From an uncultured Gammaproteobacteria bacterium (GTDB lineage Bacteria > Patescibacteriota > Microgenomatia > Levybacterales > GWA1-39-11), in assembly GCA_964425075.1 (NCBI GenBank), contig CAYRKM010000001.1, positions 601,827 to 665,826 on the forward strand: 64,000 nt of DNA. Reading direction: 5' to 3'. Positions 1 to 8,922 of the stretch are shown here, piece after piece. The first letter of the stretch is position 1. Every line of letters begins with the position of its first letter. The notes under the pieces were generated by a model. It did no database searches. It saw only the letters and a program-made list of their open reading frames with translations, and was not told where the DNA came from. Both the position numbers and the translations under genes were made by a program.

Positions 1-921
1 ATTGTTGGAAAAAGAGGCATCTTTCTAAGAGCATCAATAATTATTACAATTATTTGTTTTGTTTGTATTTTATTGTTCAGGTTTAAACCCTCCATTGAAT
101 TTACTGGTGGTTCACGTCTCGAAGTATTGAGTGCACAAAAAATAGATATTGCAAAAGTTGAGCAAGTACTTGAAAAGAACAATATAAATGTAGTAACCAT
201 ACGTGAAAATAGTGATAAAGACATTACCATAAGAACCGATACAATCTCGGATAAAGAGAAAAATGACGCTGTTAAGAAACTCAATGATTCGGGTCTTAAG
301 GTACAAGAAAAGAGCTTTGAAACATTGGGACCCACGATTGGAGCAGAAACTCGCAACAATGCTTTAAAGGCAGTTGGAATTGCAATAATTGCAATTACTC
401 TTTATATAGCATTTGCATTTAGGCAAGTTTCTAAGCCTGTATCATCATGGAAGTTTGGAGTTTCCGCAATAATTGCATTAATTCACGATGTTTTAATTGT
501 CCTTGGAACATTTGCAATACTTGGTCATTTTGCTGGAGTTGAAGTGGACACTTTGTTTATTACCGCGGTTTTGACAATTATGGGTTTTTCAGTTCACGAT
601 ACCATAGTGGTATTCGATAGGATTCGCGAAAACCTTGTAAAAAACGTAAGACATTTATCCTTTGAAGAGGTGGTTAATAATTCATTTAATGAAACACTTG
701 CTCGCTCACTCAACACGTCAGTGACAGTGGTTTTGGTGCTGTTAGCTTTACTTTTGTTTGGAGGGGAGTCAACTAGATGGTTTATTGTAGCTTTTATGGT
801 TGGTATGATTGTGGGAACATATTCTTCGATTTTTATTGCCTCCTCAATTTTAGTTGAATGGTATAAATTAGACGAGCATGGAGGATTTAAAAAATTAAAA
901 TTTCTTAAAAAAAGAGGTTAA
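1..921 (+). CDS. secF: Protein translocase subunit SecF (5'-partial; frame open from window start)
   Basis: IEFTGG, LGPTIG, ALIHDV, GFSVHDTIVVFDRIREN and ETLARSLNTS motifs; multiple TM helices. Confidence 0.95.
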   Translation: MVGKRGIFLRASIIITIICFVCILLFRFKPSIEFTGGSRLEVLSAQKIDIAKVEQVLEKNNINVVTIRENSDKDITIRTDTISDKEKNDAVKKLNDSGLKVQEKSFETLGPTIGAETRNNALKAVGIAIIAITLYIAFAFRQVSKPVSSWKFGVSAIIALIHDVLIVLGTFAILGHFAGVEVDTLFITAVLTIMGFSVHDTIVVFDRIRENLVKNVRHLSFEEVVNNSFNETLARSLNTSVTVVLVLLALLLFGGESTRWFIVAFMVGMIVGTYSSIFIASSILVEWYKLDEHGGFKKLKFLKKRG

Positions 922-1367
922 GCCAGCTTTTCTCTAACAAGTTTTGAAACTAATTGCCCGTCTGCTTTGCCTTTTGTTTTTGGCATCAAAGCTCCCATGA
1001 CCTTTCCCATGTCAGAAATTGTTGTTGCCCCAGTTTCAGAAATTGCTTCTTCTATCAATTTTGTTAATTCTGCCTCTGACATTTGTTCTGGTAGATATTC
1101 CTGAAGTATTACTAACTCCCTTTTTTCCTTATCAGCAAGTTCTTGTCTTTGGCCTTTCTCATAGAGCTCAATTGATTCTCGACGCTTTTTAATTTCTCTT
1201 CCAACTACTTCAATAACGTCCTCATCTGTTGCAGTATATCCTGCGCCACCTTTTTGTATTTCGTGATATTGAATCGCTGACTTTAACATTCTAATGACAG
1301 ATAATTTTTCTTCGTCTTTTGAACGCATTGCATCAGCTAAATTTTCTTGAATTTTATCTTTTAACAT
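918..1367 (-). CDS. GatB/YqeY domain protein
   Basis: AMRSKD..LSVIRMLKSAI, KKRRESIELY, YLPEQMS and DMGKVMG match the YqeY pattern. Confidence 0.9.
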   Translation of the reverse strand: MLKDKIQENLADAMRSKDEEKLSVIRMLKSAIQYHEIQKGGAGYTATDEDVIEVVGREIKKRRESIELYEKGQRQELADKEKRELVILQEYLPEQMSEAELTKLIEEAISETGATTISDMGKVMGALMPKTKGKADGQLVSKLVREKLA

Positions 1368-1382
1368 AACAACAATTATACC

Positions 1383-2870
1383 CTACTTATTTAATTCCTC
1401 CAAACGTGATAGCAAATACTCTCTTGTATTTCTTGAAAGATCTTCATCAACTTCTTCAAAGAGTTTTTGTAAAATCTCTCCAATTTTTTTTCCTGGTGGA
1501 AGTTTTAATTCTCTCATTATGTCATTTCCGTCAATTGCCAAGTCATTAATTGAAAAAGGTGGATTGAGTTCTTTCTCAATCTTTTCTTTAAATTGTTTGA
1601 GTCGCCAGCTCTCAGCAGTTTTGGTTCCGCTACCAAGTCTATCGCCAATTCGAAGGTCTATCATATCAGTTACATTCTCAAGCTCTACGCGTCTTATAAA
1701 GCGTCTTACTGCACTATCTGTAATATGCTCATCAACCGTGAACATGTGCCATCTTATGAGAGTGTATAATTTTTCTTTCTGTTTTTTAGAAAGTCTTAGA
1801 CGGTCTGCAATAATTTGCGAAAGCTTTGCTCCTTCAACTTCATGGTTATAGAAGATTACATACCCCTCGTTATCAGTAGAGGCAATATACGGTTTACCAA
1901 CATCATGAATTAGGGCAGCAAATTTAACTAATGGGTCCTCTGAGGGACAATATTTTAAAGACAGTAGATTATGAGTAAACACATCGCTTGTGTGATGCCT
2001 GCCAGGACGCACCTGAGAAACTCCTTTTCCTTTCGAGAGCTCCGGAAGGATTATATCAAGAAGTCCAACTTCATCAAGCAAAAGCATTCCATCATATGCA
2101 TTTGGAAGGCTTAGAATTCTAAATAGTTCGTCGCGTATTCTCTCGTTTGATACGTGGGAAATGAGCGACGCATCATTTTTGATTGCAGATAATGTTTTCT
2201 CTTCAATCGTAAAGCCAAGTTGGGTTGTAAAGCGAATTGCTCTTAAGAGCCTAAGAGCATCTTCCTTAAAACGTTCATCGGGATTGCCAACTGCCCGAAG
2301 TATTTTATTTTGAAGGTCTTTTTGTCCATTTACCAAATCAACGACTTCAGCGTTGTTATCTTTATCCAGTTTTATTGCAAGAGCATTTACGGTGAAGTCT
2401 CGTCTTTTGACATCCTCCTCAAGGGTAGTTCCCCATTCAACTTTTCCAGGGTGTCTAAAGTCAGTGTATCCATTCTCTGTTCTAAAAGTTGTAATTTCTG
2501 CATATTCTTTTCCGGATTCATTTGGAGTGTTGTACTTAACCCCCACAGTACCAAATGAATTATCATCACTCGCTAATTCATTTGTAGTGTTGTACTTAAC
2601 TCCCACAGTACCAAATGAATTATCATCACTCGCTAATTCATTCGGAGTATTGTACTTAACTCCCACAGTACCAAATGAATTATCGTAGAAAGAGTCAGGG
2701 AAAACTTGTTGAATTTGCTCAGGAGTGGCGTTAGTTGTCATGTCCCAATCAGTAACTTCATGAGAGAGCAAGAGGTTTCGTACGCACCCACCCACAAGAT
2801 ACACTTCATATCCTGAGTCAGTTAATTTTCTATAAATTCTTACTACCTTTTCAGGTATATTTTTTTGCAT
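1383..2870 (-). CDS. cca: CCA-adding tRNA nucleotidyltransferase / poly(A) polymerase family with HD domain
   Basis: VGGCVRN, DWD, EITTFR, RRDFTVNA, RFKEDALRLLRAIRF and HDVGKP. Confidence 0.88.
   Translation of the reverse strand: MQKNIPEKVVRIYRKLTDSGYEVYLVGGCVRNLLLSHEVTDWDMTTNATPEQIQQVFPDSFYDNSFGTVGVKYNTPNELASDDNSFGTVGVKYNTTNELASDDNSFGTVGVKYNTPNESGKEYAEITTFRTENGYTDFRHPGKVEWGTTLEEDVKRRDFTVNALAIKLDKDNNAEVVDLVNGQKDLQNKILRAVGNPDERFKEDALRLLRAIRFTTQLGFTIEEKTLSAIKNDASLISHVSNERIRDELFRILSLPNAYDGMLLLDEVGLLDIILPELSKGKGVSQVRPGRHHTSDVFTHNLLSLKYCPSEDPLVKFAALIHDVGKPYIASTDNEGYVIFYNHEVEGAKLSQIIADRLRLSKKQKEKLYTLIRWHMFTVDEHITDSAVRRFIRRVELENVTDMIDLRIGDRLGSGTKTAESWRLKQFKEKIEKELNPPFSINDLAIDGNDIMRELKLPPGKKIGEILQKLFEEVDEDLSRNTREYLLSRLEELNK
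2516..2684. repeat. In-frame 60-bp tandem repeat (~2.8 imperfect copies) inside cca
   Basis: Lines 2521, 2581 and 2641 are near-identical; encodes DNSFGTVGVKYNT[P/T]NE three times. Confidence 0.97.
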
Positions 2871-2903
2871 GTGATATTATTAGTTAATCAAAAAAAGTAT
2901 ATC

Positions 2904-4550
2904 ATGAAACGCTGGAATATATTACAAAACAAACCACTTTCAACAAGTAAGGAAATAGTAGATATCCTTCTTAAAAATCGTAATATTGGTAAAAATGAGA
3001 AAGCAGAATTTTTACATCCCAATACCCAAACCATTATTCTAGAAAATGTTGGTCTCGAAAGAAAGGAATATAAAAAGTTTGAAAAAAGAATTAAATCTGC
3101 CATCAAGGATAATGAAAAAATTATTGTGTATGGTGACTATGATGTTGATGGAATAACTGGAAGCGCAATATTGTTTGAAACACTTTATTCATCTACCAAA
3201 CAAGTTACTGCATATATTCCAGGTAGAGTCGAGGAAGGATATGGTCTGTCTATGAAAGGAATTGACAATGTTTTAGAAAAATATCCTGACGCAAAATTAA
3301 TAATAACCGTTGATAATGGAATTGTTGCAAACAGTGCAGTTGATTATGCGAATAAAAAAGGAATTGACGTTATTATAACTGACCACCATGCAAAAGGAGA
3401 AAAATTACCCGAAGCATTTTGTATTCTTCATACGACTCAACTTTGTGGTGCAGGGGTTGCTTGGGTGATAGCAAAAGAAATGAAATTCGAATCAGATGAA
3501 AAGATCCATCAAAAACTGGAACTTGCAGCACTTGCAACAGTGGCAGATCTCGTACCTTTAATTGGGGCAAATAGAGCAATAGTGAAAGAGGGATTGGAGG
3601 TTCTTAAAAAAACTAAGCGTTTGGGTCTTAAAGAATTATTTAAACACGCAAGAATTGATTTAAATTCAATTTCCGTATACACAATTGGACATCAAATTGC
3701 ACCCCGGCTTAATGCCTCAGGAAGACTTACGCATGCACTCAACGCACTAAGACTTTTGTGTACAAAAGATCCTGAAAAAGCCACAAAGTATGCAAAGATG
3801 CTAGATGATACCAATCGTGACAGGCAGTTTCTCACTGAAGAAGCAGTGCAGCATGCAAAATTACTTGCGCTGGAGCATAAGTTGAACACTAAAATTATGC
3901 TTGTTTCACATAATTCATACAACCAAGGAATAATTGGTCTTGTTGCGTCGAACTTGGTTGAAAGTTATTACAGACCATCTTTTGCAATATCAATTGGGGA
4001 GGATGGGATATCAAAAGGTTCAGCGAGGTCAATTAGTGGTGTAAATATAGTTGAAATGTTACGAATGGTTTCTCATATTTTGGATGAAGTTGGAGGGCAT
4101 CCGATGGCAGCAGGATTTAGCTTAAAGACTGAGAAAATTGAGGAATTGCATATAGCTTTAGCAAAAATTGCAGAAAGATTAGTTACTGATGAGGTTGTTG
4201 AAAGAGTTTTAAGAATTGATGCTTTACTCAAGTTTGAATTGTTAGATAAAAGTTTGTTCAAAAATTTGCAAAGCCTTGCTCCTTTTGGAATGGGAAATCC
4301 TGAGCCAGTTTTTGCGACAGAAAAAGTAACGGTGGAGGAATGTAGAAAAATCGGTAGAGAAGGAAATCATCTCAAGTTGATTGTTTCAAAAGACGGGAAC
4401 AAATTTGATGCTGTGGGTTTTGGACTGGCAGATAAATTCGAAATTTCGAGTGGTGACACCATAGATGTCGCATACACAATTGACGTAAACGAATGGAATG
4501 GAAAGACTACTCTCCAGTTGAAAGTAAGGGACTTGAAAATTAAAGAATAG
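2904..4550 (+). CDS. recJ: Single-stranded DNA exonuclease RecJ
   Basis: YGDYDVDG, TVDNG, TDHH, APRLNASGR, GSARS and GGHPMAAG; ATG at 2904 preferred over the overlapping upstream start. Confidence 0.95.
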   Translation: MKRWNILQNKPLSTSKEIVDILLKNRNIGKNEKAEFLHPNTQTIILENVGLERKEYKKFEKRIKSAIKDNEKIIVYGDYDVDGITGSAILFETLYSSTKQVTAYIPGRVEEGYGLSMKGIDNVLEKYPDAKLIITVDNGIVANSAVDYANKKGIDVIITDHHAKGEKLPEAFCILHTTQLCGAGVAWVIAKEMKFESDEKIHQKLELAALATVADLVPLIGANRAIVKEGLEVLKKTKRLGLKELFKHARIDLNSISVYTIGHQIAPRLNASGRLTHALNALRLLCTKDPEKATKYAKMLDDTNRDRQFLTEEAVQHAKLLALEHKLNTKIMLVSHNSYNQGIIGLVASNLVESYYRPSFAISIGEDGISKGSARSISGVNIVEMLRMVSHILDEVGGHPMAAGFSLKTEKIEELHIALAKIAERLVTDEVVERVLRIDALLKFELLDKSLFKNLQSLAPFGMGNPEPVFATEKVTVEECRKIGREGNHLKLIVSKDGNKFDAVGFGLADKFEISSGDTIDVAYTIDVNEWNGKTTLQLKVRDLKIKE

Positions 4551-4968
4551 TCAACGGAATATTGAGTTGCATACATAATTCTATCTGTGCAGTTTCAGTA
4601 GGCAGTAAATTAACAGATCCATCAGATAGAGTTTCAACAGTATTATTTTCGCAGCCTTGAATTACCCTTCCTCCATGTCTTGTGCTGTATTCTAGTAGGG
4701 GAATAAGTGTTTCATTTTCAGGGTAGTCCTCAGTGACATCAACCACTGCCTCTGTTAACTCATCATCAAGGGCGCCATCATCAATGGTTCCGTCAGGACG
4801 GTAGGTAGTATCTCTGTGAACATCAAGATGCGGCAATTTAGGTCTAATTGCGTCAATTCCTATACCACCACTTGGTTTCCCGCCAGACTGAATTCTTGTT
4901 CTTGCTAAATGAGTCTCAATAACAAATGATGTTGCACCAGAGTCATGTAATATTTCGTTAATTGTCAT
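4540..4968 (-). CDS. Hypothetical protein (~142 aa)
   Basis: Open frame; ATG at 4968 lies just after the stop of the upstream 121-aa ORF; no recognised motif. Confidence 0.55.
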   Translation of the reverse strand: MTINEILHDSGATSFVIETHLARTRIQSGGKPSGGIGIDAIRPKLPHLDVHRDTTYRPDGTIDDGALDDELTEAVVDVTEDYPENETLIPLLEYSTRHGGRVIQGCENNTVETLSDGSVNLLPTETAQIELCMQLNIPLTIL

Positions 4969-4972
4969 ATTT

Positions 4973-5338
4973 TTAACCCTTTCTATATCTGCCTGGACCG
5001 CCAGGAATTCCATGTTTTGAAACATGATTGCTCCAAGGTTTTCCTTGTGATTTGCCTCCAACAGGTTCAAGTATTGGTTCTGAAGTTATAGTAGGTTTAA
5101 TTGGGGGTTCAAATTTTGGCTTTGACTGAGCTGCCTTTTTTAGATCCTCCTCTGTTGCAGGTTTGATTTCAAAACCCCCATCTCGAGCGATGACAGCCAC
5201 TGGCTTTTTGCTTCTCTGCGCCATAAGTGATGCTACATCATGCAACTCCCTATCTCTTGTGTCATCCTGAGGCACATCAGTTCTAACTGCCTCATTTGGT
5301 TTGACTATTTCTTTTACTTCAATACCTTCTTCATTCAT
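4973..5338 (-). CDS. Hypothetical protein (121 aa, low complexity)
   Basis: ATG 12 nt after a terminator U-tract; no recognised motif. Confidence 0.6.
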   Translation of the reverse strand: MNEEGIEVKEIVKPNEAVRTDVPQDDTRDRELHDVASLMAQRSKKPVAVIARDGGFEIKPATEEDLKKAAQSKPKFEPPIKPTITSEPILEPVGGKSQGKPWSNHVSKHGIPGGPGRYRKG

Positions 5339-5349
5339 ATTTTTTGCCC

Positions 5350-5375
5350 AAAAAAAACTCCCTTTTTTAGGGAGT
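5350..5375 (-). terminator. Intrinsic terminator of a putative attenuator
   Basis: Minus strand ACTCCC-TAAAAAA-GGGAGT followed by a T-run. Confidence 0.8.
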
Positions 5376-5408
5376 CGTGTTTTTCTAAAACTTTTTCACA
5401 CGTCTCCC

Positions 5409-5465
5409 CTAGCCTCTAAAGGCTTGGAGGGAGATAATAATATTCACGTGAGCGAAAAGTTTCAT
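5409..5465 (-). CDS. Putative 18-aa leader peptide MKLFAHVNIIISLQAFRG
   Basis: ATG just after the predicted start site of a consensus promoter; three consecutive Ile codons; stop codon overlaps the antiterminator strand. Confidence 0.6.
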   Translation of the reverse strand: MKLFAHVNIIISLQAFRG

Positions 5466-5475
5466 AACAATAAGA

Positions 5476-5505
5476 ATTATATGTTCATGAAAACATTGTT
5501 GTCAA
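5476..5505 (-). promoter_or_regulatory. Consensus sigma70 promoter TTGACA-N18-TATAAT
   Basis: Plus strand tgtcaa at 5500-5505 and attata at 5476-5481. Confidence 0.75.
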
Positions 5506-5557
5506 GTAGACTTTTTGAGGTGAAATTACCTTATTTCTATGATATGATAGCAAAAGA

Positions 5558-6913
5558 ATGGAAAAGAGAATATTAACAAAAGATTGTCTTGATAAGGTTG
5601 GCGAAACAGTCATGCTAGCCGGATGGATAGAAAGAGTGCGTTCACACGGAAAGATTGCTTTTTTTGACCTCCGAGACCGAAAAGGTACTCTTCAAGTTGT
5701 AGCTTTAACCCCTGAGACAATTACATCTGTAGAAAATGTTTCACCTCAAACCGTTGTTTCAATAACTGGGAAAGTAAAGGAGAGGGGAGAAAAGTTTGTT
5801 AACAACAATATAGAGCTTGGTGGAATCGAAGTAGAGCTTTTGGAGCCTTTAGAAATTCTTTCGGTTGCGGAAGAGATGCCATTTGATATGGGAGGAGTTG
5901 AGTTAAATTTACAACTGCCAACACTGCTTGATTATCGAGCACTAACATTGAGAAATGATAAAATTGCCAACATTTTTAGAGTGCAAGCAGCTGTTCTTAA
6001 AGGATTTAGAAAAGCTTCAAAAAAATTAGGAGCGGTAGAAATTGTTGTTCCTACAATTTCGGCTTCAGCAACTGAAGGAGGAGCTGAGGTTTTTTCCGTT
6101 GATTATTATGGATACAAAGCATATCTAACCCAAAGTCCTCAGCTTTACAAACAAATGATGGTGCCAGTTTTTGAAAGAGTGTTTACGATATCTCATGCAT
6201 ATAGGGCAGAGCCTTCGGTTACAACCCGTCATCTTTCAGAAAATACTCAAATGGATATGGAAATTGGATTCGTGGATTTTAATGAACTATTAAACATATT
6301 AGAACAAAACATAACCTCAACCCTAAAATATGCAGAGGAAAAATGCGAGAAGATTTTAAAAGAATATAACATTGAACCTATGGCTTTTGGAAGCATACCA
6401 CGATTAACTCTTGCTGAGGCACAAGAAATTATTTTTAAGGAATTTGGAAGGGACAGCCGTGGTGAGAAGGATTTAGCTCCACAGGATGAGATAGATATTT
6501 CAAAATGGGCATTGGACAAGCACAATTCCGATCTTGTTACAATTACTCATTTCCCAACTAAAAAAAGAGCATTTTATACAATGCCCGATCCAGAAAACCC
6601 TGAATTAAGTTTGTCATTCGATGTTTTATTCCGTGGAGTTGAGATATCGAGTGGAAGTCAGCGAATTCATGAATACGCTGACTTAGTAGCTGCAATTAAA
6701 GACAGAGGAATGGATCCGAACAACTTCAAATTGTATCTTCAAGCTTTTCAGTATGGCATGCCACCAGAGGGTGGATTTTCATTTGGTCTTGAAAGAATTA
6801 CAATGCATATATTGGGACTTTCTAATGTGAGGGAAGCCTCACTTTTCCCAAGAGATATGGAGCGCGTTGATGAAAGACTCTCAGTTATCCAGCCAAAAGA
6901 AGATAAAAAATAG
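5558..6913 (+). CDS. aspS: Aspartate--tRNA(Asp/Asn) ligase, short non-discriminating type
   Basis: OB fold (FFDLRD), YLTQSPQLYKQ, YRAEPS..TRHLSE, EISSGSQRIH and YGMPPEGGFSFGLER. Confidence 0.92.
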   Translation: MEKRILTKDCLDKVGETVMLAGWIERVRSHGKIAFFDLRDRKGTLQVVALTPETITSVENVSPQTVVSITGKVKERGEKFVNNNIELGGIEVELLEPLEILSVAEEMPFDMGGVELNLQLPTLLDYRALTLRNDKIANIFRVQAAVLKGFRKASKKLGAVEIVVPTISASATEGGAEVFSVDYYGYKAYLTQSPQLYKQMMVPVFERVFTISHAYRAEPSVTTRHLSENTQMDMEIGFVDFNELLNILEQNITSTLKYAEEKCEKILKEYNIEPMAFGSIPRLTLAEAQEIIFKEFGRDSRGEKDLAPQDEIDISKWALDKHNSDLVTITHFPTKKRAFYTMPDPENPELSLSFDVLFRGVEISSGSQRIHEYADLVAAIKDRGMDPNNFKLYLQAFQYGMPPEGGFSFGLERITMHILGLSNVREASLFPRDMERVDERLSVIQPKEDKK

Positions 6914-7841
6914 TATTCCTAAAATTTCCCATTGGTACTCCAAAATACACCTGTACCATTTATTGGCTGTTGTATTTATTCTTAATTGCGTTGCCCTTTT
7001 ATTAATAGTTCTTTATTTTAGACAACTCCAGAATTTTGTACTCCCTCAGGACACGCCCAATTTTGTGAGTGTTCGCTCTATTCCCAACCTTTCAACAAAT
7101 ATCGATTCAATAAATGCTTCCGCTGCAGCATATGTTGTTTATGATACGGATTCCCGAAGTGTGGTTGCAGGTAAAAACCAAAACCTACGATTCACTCCAG
7201 CCTCAACTGCAAAGATTATGACTGCAATTCTGTCTTTAGAATATTATCCTCTTGAGCAATTACTTTCTGTTCCAAATGTTTCAGGTGTACAAGGTTCAAA
7301 AATGAATCTTATATCTGGTGAAAAACTTAGAGTAATTGATTTATTATATGGGTTAATGCTGCCTTCAGGAAATGATGCGGCATATACTCTCTCGTATAAT
7401 TATCCTGGTGGAAGAGGGGCCTTTATTGAAAAAATGAATAGTAAGGCAGATGAATTAGGTCTTACAAACACTCATTTTGTAGACCCTGCGGGGTATGAGG
7501 ACACGAATTACACAACAGCTGTTGAATTATCTCGTCTTGCATCATATGCAATGGAGAACCCAGCATTTACAAACATAGTAAAAACAAGGAGCATTACTGT
7601 TTATGATTCCACATTTCAACATGAATATTATTTGCAAAATCTTAATGAACTACTTTCATACCCTCACGTTTTGGGGGTTAAGACCGGATTTACCAATGAA
7701 GCAGGTGGGGTTCTTGTAACAGCCGTAAGACACGAAGGTAAAATATTGATTGTAGTTGTTTTAAAGAGTGAAAATAGATTTTTTGATACAGAGGATTTAA
7801 TGAAATTTATTGATCAGAAGGTTATCTATTCTTTACCCTAA
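6867..7841 (+). CDS. D-alanyl-D-alanine carboxypeptidase (peptidase S11); start uncertain
   Basis: PASTAK (SxxK), SGNDAA (SxN) and KTG; N-terminal TM helix. Confidence 0.9.
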   Translation: MMKDSQLSSQKKIKNSIPKISHWYSKIHLYHLLAVVFILNCVALLLIVLYFRQLQNFVLPQDTPNFVSVRSIPNLSTNIDSINASAAAYVVYDTDSRSVVAGKNQNLRFTPASTAKIMTAILSLEYYPLEQLLSVPNVSGVQGSKMNLISGEKLRVIDLLYGLMLPSGNDAAYTLSYNYPGGRGAFIEKMNSKADELGLTNTHFVDPAGYEDTNYTTAVELSRLASYAMENPAFTNIVKTRSITVYDSTFQHEYYLQNLNELLSYPHVLGVKTGFTNEAGGVLVTAVRHEGKILIVVVLKSENRFFDTEDLMKFIDQKVIYSLP

Positions 7842-8878
7842 TTTTCCTCTAAATTTAAGGACGAATTCGGAATAGCCTGGACATATCCAGAAAAGTTAAT
7901 ACCCGTAAATAGATAAACAGGGAGTAAATAACCCTTCATATCTTTTCCCATATAATATCGAAGCGCTACGTTGGTGATGTCAACTGAGGATAATGCTTGA
8001 GGATTAAGCATGTAAGCATCTCCCTTTTTTAAATCCTCTAAAGCTTGCGCGACAGTCTTTATGGGATAGTCAGATTTTTCATCAGACGCTCTGTAGTGGA
8101 AAAATTGTCCTTCGACTAACTGAATATTTGTTGAGCCAGGATAAGAGACAACAAAATTTAAAAGTGAGGAAGTTGGTGTTTCATACACTAAAGGTATTTT
8201 TTCAATATCGTTTTGGACTAATTGAACTCTTGCAAATCTGGCATTTCCCAAATTTTCAGCTTCAACCAATTTACCACCGTTATTTTGAAGATATGTAACT
8301 GTAGATTTTTCAATATTTATATCTGTGGTGTCGACTTCCATTATTTGAAGAAAAGACAATATATCTTTTTTTACGTCTTCCTCAGAAGGCATAATTGAGG
8401 TCGATGTTAGATTTGGGTTGGTAAGATAGTCTGATGAGATTGTGAAATTTTTGGTGACTATGTCGTATTGAATAATTACTCCAGTACTTGTTTGGGTCCA
8501 CTGATATAAAGTGTCGGAAAGCTTTCTTTGATTTTCAACAAAACCTGCAGACTCAAGTATTTCTTTTGAATTGGCTAGATCAAGTAGGCTTGCTTGAGGC
8601 ATTATTAGTTTATAAACATTTGCTCTGTCTGGAAAAGCTGGAAGAGTTCCGTCAATGGTATTAATCTGAAACTCAATTCCAGGTGTACCAGCTGAGGGGA
8701 ATGAAGTTGAGGGTAATTTCCCATATGCTTGCATTGGTGGTGCGGGTGGGCTTGTGAGTTTCTTTATAAAAAGATATCCCTGAACAAAAAAATAAATCAA
8801 AAACCCCAAACCTAAAAGTGCTCCTCCTATTTTAAGAACTAAGCGAGTTTCGCGTGTAACGTTTGCTAAATTTGCCAT
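7838..8878 (-). CDS. Hypothetical membrane-anchored protein
   Basis: 346-aa ORF with one N-terminal TM helix followed by a Pro-rich linker. Confidence 0.75.
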   Translation of the reverse strand: MANLANVTRETRLVLKIGGALLGLGFLIYFFVQGYLFIKKLTSPPAPPMQAYGKLPSTSFPSAGTPGIEFQINTIDGTLPAFPDRANVYKLIMPQASLLDLANSKEILESAGFVENQRKLSDTLYQWTQTSTGVIIQYDIVTKNFTISSDYLTNPNLTSTSIMPSEEDVKKDILSFLQIMEVDTTDINIEKSTVTYLQNNGGKLVEAENLGNARFARVQLVQNDIEKIPLVYETPTSSLLNFVVSYPGSTNIQLVEGQFFHYRASDEKSDYPIKTVAQALEDLKKGDAYMLNPQALSSVDITNVALRYYMGKDMKGYLLPVYLFTGINFSGYVQAIPNSSLNLEEN

Positions 8879-8922
8879 ACTAATATTGAGTATAGGAATA
8901 TTGTACGGTACAATGCAAGAGT

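Noticed and set aside
2516-2684. Possible CRISPR array
   Set aside because: Contiguous 60-bp units without unique spacers, in frame inside a CDS; no cas genes in the window
5350-5470. SRP RNA or 6S RNA
   Set aside because: No SRP GNRA/GGAA domain IV motif and too short for typical 6S; the uORF plus alternative stems explain it better
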